Part shown: positions 26,301-36,307 of the stretch, one piece after another
Layout: each line of letters opens with the position of its first letter
How positions within the stretch are numbered: position 1 is the first letter of the stretch
Program-made: the position numbers and the translations under genes
The notes under the pieces: generated by a model
Seen by the model: the letters and a program-made list of their open reading frames with translations, nothing else
Databases searched by the model: none
Told to the model about the DNA's origin: nothing
DNA from: Orbicella franksi
Lineage: Eukaryota
Reading direction: 5' to 3'
Length of the DNA stretch: 64,000 nt
NCBI GenBank assembly: GCA_964199315.1
Contig: OZ116702.1
Span: forward strand, 5,766,001 to 5,830,000

Positions 26301-29300
26301 TCGTAGTACAAATTCTCCTCACAGGTCTCCATTCATTTCTAATAGTACTAGTTGGGAGAACTTGACTATAATGTTTTAGACATTAGTTTTTCCATGTTGA
26401 TAAATGACTTCCTTAATGAAATAAATGCACATGCTCAAAATTCATACTTGTTTGATCACAATTGAATATGCATCTTTACTAAGAGTATAAGATTACCTGG
26501 CATTCTGTTGCACCAATGGCAAGTCGCTTAGCATAGTCATAAGCCACATGCTGCTTTGATGTACCAGTGACTGCATCATGGTGCTGGGCCACACCCACTG
26601 CTCTGCGTAGAGTATCTGAAGTTGGGCCATTCTTCTTTGCAGGACCACTTATCACCTCCAGCTGCTTACAGACCTACAAAGGGTCAGAGAAGGGGTTAAA
26701 CCTGAGATGACATCTCATTGCTTTTAATGCAAATTATTTACATGTAAATCAAACCTATGTTTAACCCATTGACAGCTGAAACTTTTTGGCAAAAATGCAT
26801 TTATTGGCAATTTTGGACATTTTCAGCCTGGATATGAGCCAAAGCAGCTCCAATCTACTCAAAAGGGCATTTTTAACATGACAGCATGCCCTTCTTTCCA
26901 CTAGTATTGTGTTTTATGACAGTTTTTCACTCTAACTGTGAGCATTTTTGTGCATATTTCAGGCTCAATTGACCCAATCACTCTAATCTGGGAATCACTG
27001 GAAAGATCTTTCCTTCCTGCAGAACTTGAGTATAAGTGATGCAAATATTTTGTTCAAAGGTGATGACATCTGAAGTGGAACAAAGGCCAATGCTTGCCAC
27101 ATCCACTTATGGCTAGCACAGGTGTTAACCATAGACCAACTAGAAGAAACACAATGTTTTCTTTTTCTGACCTCAACAGGGAATTTCCATCATCTGCAAA
27201 TAACTCTTTCACTTTCAACTTTTAGCATAGGCATGCAGGCATCTTTGGACTTTGGGGAGGGGAGGGCAGTGACCTTCTTACCCGAAAAATTTACACAATG
27301 CCTGAATGTGAGATTGTTTTAATCAGGATGCAAATGCACTCAAATTGTACGTAAAACAAAAACGTTCAAAATTCCCACATCTAACGAAACTGCAATTATA
27401 TTTCTGAAAATAGTTACATTCAAAGCTTGCATACTCAATCAATCAATCATATTCTATCAACAGCCTAAATACGGGTTAAATCTAAAACTTACCAAAAGAA
27501 AAAGTTTCAAAAAAAAACTAACTAGAAACTTTATTTTCGAGTTTTGGGAATCACGCCAACAGCATTAGTTCGTAATGTTTTATCTCAAGTGCCAATGCCT
27601 GAATCATTAGGGTTTTGCCCGCAAATCACATAATTTCTGTAGCTGGGGGGGGGGGGGGGGGCTACAGCCCCCCTCGCCTCCCCAGCTCGTACGCCCACAG
27701 CTGTATGGCTTTCAGTTTTGTCCCCAAACAATACTTACACCTACTTAAGGATTACCTGAAGCAAATTGTTGTTATATCTGACATATCGCTTGAGTGCTGG
27801 CCGGCTGGTGAAATAGCCAGTCCAATAACAGTGAGGACAATCTGCATATGGAAAGAAGTCATCAGTCTTCACTTCCCATGTCTGGTTAGCCTTGTGTAGA
27901 GCATCTAAGTACATGGTAGGTGTGGAGTAGAATGCATTCACTCGGCCATCCTACCAAAAAATATATGAATTAAATAGCATCAAACCTAACCTTCAAAAAG
28001 TAAAAAGTAACCTTGAGTAAAATAGGTGCATAAACATCAATACAAGTGGGAGACAGGTAACGGCCTGCAATGAACCAATGGTAAACTAGTCCAGATGAGA
28101 ATATTAGTATCAGTGAACATCAAAATAGAATTTTTACACATTTTTCAAGATATTTTTACAAGGGTTAGTAGACTTACATGTTTTTAGACCATATGAAATA
28201 AAATCCATGGCCCTCTTCGCTATAAAAAGGTCACAATACAAGACAAATCCTTTTGCTGTAAAGAGCTTAGGGAATTAAGATTATATAAGTTTCATTTTGC
28301 TTGTGTCAAGACCTCATTTTCCATTTCTTAACACAACTTATCATAATTTTCTGGGATAATTTTTGTAACACTGAAATTCCATGACCAGTTCAAATTCCAT
28401 TTCTAGAGTTCACACTTGAGGTGGTTTCACCAAAAAATGCTTGTAAGTAGGGCATGTTTATCCCATAAAACATTTGGCACGTACAAAGTGAGCAGTAACA
28501 ATCAAATATTTACATATATATCAGATTAATAGAGGAAAAAACAACAAACAAGTAAACAATAAACAAATAACAAAAGAGCAACCTGTACTTACGGCATTTA
28601 CATATTTAATAAGTTTATCCAAATTTTTGTACCACAGGTTAGCATTCTCATACATGAAATCAGAACCCATCGTCAAGAGGATGTGCTTAGTTTTGTAATG
28701 CAAGGCTTGCGCGTTTGTTATTGCCACGAACTTATCCACGGTTTCCTGAACATTGACATCAAAAAGCCTTGGGTCGTCTTGTATTGGGGGGTCTGTACAA
28801 AACTGATCGAAGCAAAATCCCTTGGGGGGATTGTAACCATTGTAAAGCACACCGGTGAAAATGTCAGAGGCTTGCCCAAGATTTCTGCTCCCTCTCCAGA
28901 CCAACTCCATTCTCTTTTGCTGGAGGCGAAGACTTTTGTCCGCGTAATCAATACGACCGAAGAAAAATCCATCGAATGACATCTGAGCAAATAGAGATGC
29001 TTGTTCGGACGAGTGACCAAATGGATCGATGTGCCAGGCTATGCGAGGTCTTGCATCCGATCCAAATGTCTCCTGTACGAAATTCAGTCCATAAGTCATT
29101 TGATCAATGATCGCATTGTAATGTGTTGCCGCCTCGTCGTTCATACACCATCCAGCGTTTATAAACTCCAGCCTTTTCTCTTTAACCAGTTCCTTCACTT
29201 CCGTACGCATGGCTTCGTTTTGCTCGTTCCACCAGCGCTCGAAGAACGCAATTTCCACGTAAATAAATCGCTTTTTCGGGTCTGCACTCAACTGAGGGAT

Positions 29301-29516
29301 AACAGAGTCTAAAATGTACTGCACTCCAGCGTGCTGAATGGAATTATTTGCGCCATAAAAATACTCGTCGACAGTTTTCAACCAGCCAACGTCATCATGA
29401 GTGTGGGCTACAAGATGGACCTGTAATTTATCTTCATCTTTCACTGCTTCTCCAAACTTGCTCTCAAAGACTGCACTCAGGCAGAGAAAGGTCACAAAAA
29501 AGAACAAAGTAGCCAT
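23340..29516 (-). CDS. MAN2B1: Lysosomal alpha-mannosidase (GH38), 4 exons, about 1001 aa
   Basis: Exons 28593-29516, 27756-27950, 26497-26673, 23340-25049. All are phase 0 with GT-AG boundaries, total 3006 nt. Signal peptide plus [20 protein letters not shown] (nucleophile), [64 protein letters not shown]. Minus-strand AATAAA at 22363-22368. Confidence 0.96.
26765..27124. mobile_element. piggyBac-like non-autonomous element in MAN2B1 intron 2
   Basis: TTAA on both sides, with CCC start and degenerate GG.G end. Confidence 0.5.
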
Positions 29517-29594
29517 TTTCTGCTGAAAAGAAAGGAAGCCACTACGTTCGTTTCACTTTCCTGAATAAAAGTTGTCGCTTCGGCTCCGCTGTGC

Positions 29595-29625
29595 TGTCGT
29601 CTGTCACGATAAAGTCACGAGATAT
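29595..29625 (-). promoter_or_regulatory. CLEAR/E-box-like GTCACG pair upstream of MAN2B1 exon 1
   Basis: GTCACG at 29603-29608 and 29614-29619, about 90-100 bp upstream of the ATG. These resemble the TFEB CLEAR consensus GTCACGTGAC. Confidence 0.45.
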
Positions 29626-30538
29626 TTTTGCCAAATTTGTTACAGGCGACATTACAGGCGACTACTCAGATCTAGAGAGAGCCTGGAACTACTAGTGTCC
29701 AGTATTCCGCGAGGTCAACGCCACGCGGTCGCAAGCGGTCGCCTCCATGAGAGATGGTTTACCAGAGACTCCGATCACAACAGTGGTTTGACCAAAATTT
29801 CCGTAGTTTGGAGACAAACTGGAGGTGATCGCTAGAAGAGATGTTCGCCAAGGGAAGTTTGACTGTAACAGAGAGAACGACAAATGCAGCCAAAAGTCTG
29901 AGAAATCAGAAACTGCAAGGGACTGCATGCGATAAACGCTGCCAACGTAAGTTCTACAAGAGATCTGATCGGTCAAAAAAATGTATGAAGTCTATTGTTG
30001 TTTGTCTTCAAAAGTCTGAGACTCTTTTCCAGCCGAGGGTGTTGCGGTGCGCCCGCGATCCTACCAAAATTCGACCGACAAGTTACTTAAATTTATATTC
30101 ATCTCACATTCAACAAGCGCAAATGGAATAATTGTTTTATCAAAAACGCCCTCAAAATGTAGAAAACTAAAATAAAAGCGCTCCAAAAGCTCACGCGAAC
30201 GCTTACCGTATTTGTAGAGCATGGTATAACTGCGGCATATTGGCTAAGCCAATGAAAACAGTCTTTAAGATCCAGTTTTGAACAAAACAATATTGCCTGT
30301 CTGCCGCAACAGCTGCGACCACTTTCAGGACTGTAACTACCTGTAACCACTGGTTAGGGTAGCGACTACTTCGGACAAAAATTAGGTAACGAGAAGCCTT
30401 AAAACCCTAGAAATTACAACAAATAGCTTCTTCCCACATCCGATGTTGTCGCGCAAAGCAGTACTTTCACCGTGGACGCACTGCAGTCTCTTCAAATGAC
30501 TAGTTGTTTTCTTAAATAATACGGTTTTGGTTTTACTG

Positions 30539-30720
30539 NNNNNNNNNNNNNNNNNNNNNNNNNNNNNNNNNNNNNNNNNNNNNNNNNNNNNNNNNNNNNN
30601 NNNNNNNNNNNNNNNNNNNNNNNNNNNNNNNNNNNNNNNNNNNNNNNNNNNNNNNNNNNNNNNNNNNNNNNNNNNNNNNNNNNNNNNNNNNNNNNNNNNN
30701 NNNNNNNNNNNNNNNNNNNN
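30539..30720. other. Assembly gap (182 N)
   Basis: Run of N directly visible between the two mannosidase exon-1 copies. Confidence 1.
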
Positions 30721-31350
30721 GCAATTAAAAGTTACACTCCCTACATGCAGGCTGACCTCTCGTAAAGGACCAGCTCCAGTAAGTCACCACAGGTTCGACC
30801 TCTCGGTTGTTCGGCTGCAGTAGATTGTCTGTAGTTTGCGAAACTTTGCCATTTTCGATTTCCTCCTCACGTGAATACCAAGTAAGCTCAAGGAAGTGTC
30901 TTCAAAAGCCAAACTTGATCTATTTTCGCTCAAATGTCAAGTTTACATGACAAACTTTTAAAGAAAACCATCTTGAAATCGAGTCACCATTGACGAAAGG
31001 TTATGGTATTGAAGATTTTATTGATTCTGTGGGTTGTTTCCTCGAAATTCTTGTTGAACCAACAGCGATCTTTTGAAGAGCTTATCAGGCTTATATTCAC
31101 AAGGATTTTGTTGGAATGATCTTGAACACGGACAAACAATCCCGGAACAAGAACCGTATTAGGACTTCAAAATGCTCAAAGCAAGACTTCACTCAGGCTT
31201 TGTTGCTCAATGGCAATATTTTACGAACTTTAAACTAATCGAGATACTCAAACAGGGCGACTTTTTTTTAGAAATAATCAGGTTTTCTCGCTTAAATTAA
31301 TCGCTTCGAGTTAGAGCTCTTAGAGAAAAAGACGCTTACTTAGATAACTC

Positions 31351-31423
31351 AAAGTGAAGAATGATCATCGCAGCAGATTTTCGAATTTAAGCAATTGGAA
31401 AGAAGAAGCCTGAAAAAATCAGC

Positions 31424-31455
<32 letters not shown>

Positions 31456-31591
31456 GATACCGGTGCGATGCTCTACCAACTGAGCTATGAAGCCACACAT
31501 TCCCCAAATTCGAAAATCTGCTGCGATGATCATTCTTCACTTTCATCTACTACCGCAGTTCATATATGAATTATTTCATATAAACTTCACA
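31351..31591 (-). mobile_element. tRNA(Thr-GGT)-like retroelement with inverted terminal duplication and 11-bp TSD
   Basis: tRNA-like head at 31423-31494 on the minus strand, a perfect 38-bp inverted repeat at 31351-31388 / 31506-31543, and the direct repeat ttagataactc at 31340-31350 and 31592-31602. Confidence 0.8.
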
Positions 31592-31838
31592 TTAGATAAC
31601 TCATTTAATTGGGTCATGGAATAGTACGGAATGCTCCAAATAGAAAGAAACTGAAACCACTCTACTGTGGATAATTTTATAACCTTTAACTGTTATACGA
31701 GATTGCAGTATCTACCTTGAAATCCAAACTCCTTAACTCCTTTAGCCTGGAGACATGGGTAACCTTAACTGAAAAGTAGGACTGACGCACCGTTTCTTGG
31801 AATGATGACTCCGTAGTATAAAGAGTTAACATTTAATG

Positions 31839-31952
31839 ATATAGCGGCTACCGAGAGCTTTCCTCTCCGGTCAGCCCCTTTGTATATGACAGGTTATAGC
31901 GGCTACGGAGAGATTTTCTCCCCGGTCAGCGCCCTGGTATATGACAAGTTAG
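31839..31952 (+). repeat. Tandem dimer of about 54 bp
   Basis: tatagcggctac.gagag.ttt.ctc.ccggtcagc.cc.t.gtatatgaca.gtta occurs twice. Confidence 0.75.
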
Positions 31953-32515
31953 TCCGGATCACATGAAAGGCTTGCTATCCCGGGTCACAAGGGAAACTAC
32001 ATGAAATGGACAGGAGATCGGTTTTCACGTGTGGATACGGATAGAGGCTGTAGAAAATGTTGCGGTAGATCTAGAAAATTCATTCATTCGTTCATTTCCA
32101 AAAGCACGCGAAGGTAACGAAACTGCGAGCGAGTAGGGAAAAATAAGGCGCAGGGGGAGGAGATTGGGGCAAAAAATTAAGGTCTACTTTCCTCCCCAAA
32201 TGCACTGCACCACCGCCCCGTTCCCCTTCTCCTCCTTTTTTTTTTCTCACCCCCTCCCCACTTCTCCCCATTTTATGTTCAGTCCAAGGCGCACTCGTTT
32301 GCTTCCTCGCTTTCTCGTTCTCCTTGCCTGGAAAATGAATATGAAACGTCTGCTACGCAGGCTATAGAAAAACAAGCATGCTAAAACTCTTTTCGTTACG
32401 TGACAAGTTAGTCACCATTAAGCAGCAATGAAAGGAGCCTGGGAGCCAGGAATCGCTCGAACCAGGGCAAAAAAAAATGCTTACGTCAAACTCTCATTCT
32501 GTGCATTATACTTAC

Positions 32516-33442
32516 TTCTTTCAGATATCTGATGAGCTTGTCCAAATTTTTGTACCACGTGTTGGCATTCTCGTACTGGAAATCCTCACCCATGGTCAAT
32601 ATGATGTGGTTTGTTTTATACTGCGATGCTTGTTTGCATGTTACATTCACAAATCTTTCTACAGTTTCTTTGACGTTGAGATCAAAGAGTCTCGGATCGT
32701 CTTGTACCGGGGTATCGTTGCATGATTGGTCGTAACAAAATCCACGCGGAGGGGCATAGACGTTATAGAGCACCCCTGCAAAAATATCAGAATCTTGTCC
32801 AAGATTTCTGCTCCCTCTCCAGACCAACTCCATTCTCTGTTGCTCGAGGCGAAGCTTTTTATCTGCATAGTCGATTCTACCCAGGAAGAAAGCATCGAAT
32901 GACATTTGAGCAAAGAGTGATGCTTGTTCGGACGAGTGACCAAATGGATCGATGTGCCAAGCTACGCGAGGTCTTGCATCCGATCCAAATGTCTCCTGCA
33001 CGAAATTCAGTCCATAAGTCATTTGATCAATGATCGCATTGTAATGTGTTGCCGCCTCGTCGTTCATACACCATCCAGCGTTAATAAACTCCAGCCTTTT
33101 CTCTTGAACCAGTTTCTTCACTTCCATACGCGAGGCTTCGTGTTGCTCGTTCCACCAGCGCTCGAAGAACGCAATTTCCACGTAAATAAATCGCTTTGTC
33201 CGGTCTGCACTCAACTGAGGGATAACCGAGTCCAAAATGTACTGCACTCCAGCGTGCTGAATGGAATTATTTGCGCCATAAAAATACTCGTCGACAGTTT
33301 TCAACCAGCCAACGTCATTATGAGTGTGGGGAACAAGATGGATCTGTAATTTATCTTCTTCCGACCTTGTTGAATCTTTGAGGTTGCATTCAAAGCCTGA
33401 ACCAAGCCAAATCAAGGCTGAAAAGAAAATCAAAGTAGACAT
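32516..33442 (-). CDS. MAN2B1: Second copy of alpha-mannosidase exon 1 (signal peptide + GH38 N-terminal catalytic domain, 309 codons); no downstream exons visible
   Basis: ATG at 33442 ([14 protein letters not shown]..), open frame with [23 protein letters not shown]. Ends at a phase-0 GTAAGT donor homologous to the donor at 28593. Roughly 80% aa identity to copy 1 by eye. Confidence 0.9.
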
Positions 33443-33489
33443 CGCTGTAACCAAGAGAATAATCTCTTGCTGTAACTTAATGTCATGTC

Positions 33490-33565
33490 CTGGTCACGAG
33501 ATCCAAAAAAAATAATGCAACGGTAACAATTTTCGTGACAGGTAGAGCAGAGCAGTCACGTAAGA
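33490..33565 (-). promoter_or_regulatory. CLEAR/E-box-like GTCACG triplet upstream of the second mannosidase exon 1
   Basis: GTCACG at 33493-33498, CGTGAC at 33534-33539 and GTCACG at 33555-33560, 50-120 bp upstream of the ATG. Confidence 0.45.
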
Positions 33566-35510
33566 AAGAGAAAACAAACCTCAGTCTCAGCTACTCTCAT
33601 CTACGACGTAACAGAAGTTAAATGTTGTCAATGTTTTATTGTTTGTCTTGTTTGTTGTTGTTGTTGTTGTTGTTGTTGGTCCGTATTCTTAGAGGTGCTG
33701 CAAGGATCACTGTAGGTGGTGAATGATAATTACCAGAGAGAATACGCCCCTTATCTAGTAGTCATTCTTTCAGATCGTTTCAAAGTTCAACCACTTTCGA
33801 CCTAGTCATCGCTTACCCGCCCACACCACCCTTGACCTCTTAGTTTATTGGTCTTGCATCTCGTTTTGCTAGTCAATTAATTTTGTTGCCTAAACAACAC
33901 AGTCTGTGATGTCTGTGTTTGATATCATAGGTATTAAATTACGAGTGTTTCCTTGGTGCTCAAGTGTTATCATGATTGTGAGTGACCTGCGCAAACAACC
34001 TCCTTTCAAACGGTCCTCGACTTTGTCCTGCTTTTATAGACCCTGTATGTAGGCTGGTCAATTCCCCCGGTCAATTCCTGCAGCCTTAAGAAACCCACAC
34101 ACTTGTTTTTGAATTTAACATTACACTGAACGGTAGAAATAGGCTCCGCTGTTGTTCTTTATTCCGTTGAAGATGATTGATATGAAAAATTGCATCGAAG
34201 AGCAAAAAATACATCAAAAGAGCAAATTCATTTCTATTGGTTCTACAACAGATTCGAGGACACAACAGCGAAATATTTTATCGATCATTTTTACTATTTT
34301 ATTGAGAAAAAAGACTCGTCCAGGACCTGGGTACTACAGAGGAAATTTTAAAACAACAAACCGAAATAAGTGATGGTAAAGATATTGGATGGCAATCATT
34401 ATAAGGGGTATAGAATAGTCCCGTTCAATTTTAAAGTGCTCGCAAAATTTGGCCTTTGCTTGAATTGCTCGCAAAAATTACATGAGTGCTCGCTCGCTCG
34501 AGTTCGCAAAATTTTTGCCACTGCTCGCATGCTCGGATTCTCGTTAAAATGTGCTTAATTACCGTATGGTAAAACTGGGAAACATGGGAGAAGCATGCAC
34601 ACGTTATGCTTCCTCGTTTTGGTGACGTTTTATTGAAACTGACGCGCGTAAATTCTTCGCGAAAGGCATCCCCAAAGGTAGAAAGTAATCTAGAGACATG
34701 AGAACATGTAGAGTATTACTATTACTATTCGACCTTCAGAGCTTGTCAGAGCTCAATCGGTTAGTCCTTGAAGCCTCCAAATAAAGCTTCCGTTGCTTTA
34801 AATCTTTTTAGTAACTCAGTTGAAAACCAGTTTGCCGATAATCGAAACCGAAACTCGAAATGCTTGTTAGACTAAATGCCACGTTGTTTACTCGGCATTT
34901 CCTGGGAATAATATAACCAAAAAAACCTTCCATGTTGCAAACTTCAAAGTCTGGTAAAATTTAGCTTCTTCTCGAGTAGTGTTCTCAACGTCAGATTAGA
35001 AAGCTTTAGATCTCCTTGAGCGTCCACCTAGTGTAACGCACCAATTTGATCGGGAATTCGAGGGTCACGGGTTTGTCAGTCGTAAGACTGTTGTGTGTTA
35101 CCCTCGTTAAACAAAGCTAATATATTTATTTATTTATTTATTTATTTATTTTATTTTACTGAAGCTCACGTGAAGCGAAGTGACGTAATTTGGCATTCAA
35201 CAGAGCAGTTGGCTGTACGCTGCTAGCATTGTTTGAACGGTGTCAGCCAGATTACTTGGTGCAAAATGTTTCCTTTTGATAAGAGAGAAATTCCGTCCAG
35301 CGGAAAATTTACGAACTGCTCGTTGCTCGCCATCTGTATTTTCTAAAGTGCTCGCTGCTCGCAAGACAAATTTGATCACAGCTCATGCTCGCAGAAATAA
35401 ACGCACTGCTCGCATGCTCGCGAATACTCGTAAAGGCCATTCGATTCATAGTTGCAGTACAAAAAAGAGTGTAACTTTTAGCTAAATGTCTTTACTTTAA
35501 TTTGAATTAA

Positions 35511-36307
35511 GGTCCAGTAATACGGGCAACATTTTTCTGCAACTTGTCTCGCAACATTGTTGCACTGCAAGTTGAAACACATTGTTGCACGTATGCCACG
35601 TTTGTGACCAACTTGTCTCGCAGCAAAATACAGCGTTGCAAGTTGAGGCAACATGTTGCGCAAAGTAGACTCGAGTTCTACTTTCTGCAACAAATTTTAG
35701 TTTTGCTGCTCGTATTACCACTGAAACTACAACTTATCTCGCAACAAATTTGAATTCTACGCTTGTGATTGGCTGTCGCGAAGCGTGGCAACGAGGCAAA
35801 TAAAAGAAAAACATGACGGACGGTGAACACGAGCCTGAATTCGAAGTAGACCAGTAACTCTCGTAAAGTCATAAATTTGCCTTGTACAAAGACCTCGAGG
35901 GCTATCACAGTCTTTGGGACGCCTCGTTTGTCCCTTCAAAACAAGGAGGAAAAAAGGCAAAAGGCTTGGAAGAACTGTCGCAAAAATATAACTTTTCGCC
36001 TAGCTACCTGAAACGACACTGAGCTTCATACTGAGAGAACTTCGCCGGCACGGAAAATTATGAAGAAAATGACGGCCAGAAGTCGAAGTGGAACTTCGTC
36101 GAAATGCTAAATTATATTAAAGAAGGCGCCATCTTTATTTACACACGATTAACCAAATATTAGAATTCTGCAAGCTTGCAACACTGTATTTTGCTGCGAG
36201 ACAAGCTGGTCACAAACGTGGTAATACGCGCAACAATGTGTTTCAACTTACAATGCAACAATGTTGCGAGACAAGTTGAAGAGAAATGTTGCCCGTATTA
36301 CCGGACC
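35511..36307 (+). mobile_element. Non-autonomous PIF/Harbinger-like element with decayed MADF ORF
   Basis: TIRs GGTCC.GTAATACGGGCAACATTT..CAACTTGTCTCGCAACATTGTTGCA are flanked by TTAA. The internal frameshifted remnant reads SLWDAS..NKEEKRQKAWK..SKWNFVEMLNYIK. Confidence 0.7.

Noticed and set aside
30527-30823. ORFs spanning the N run
   Set aside because: Artefacts of the assembly gap.
31423-31494. Functional tRNA-Thr(GGT) gene
   Set aside because: It is embedded in a TSD-flanked repeat with an inverted duplication and has an imperfect anticodon stem, so it is treated as a SINE-like head.
32516-33442. Copy 2 as an uncollapsed allelic haplotype of copy 1
   Set aside because: About 20% aa divergence, unrelated signal peptides and unrelated flanks are too much for alleles.
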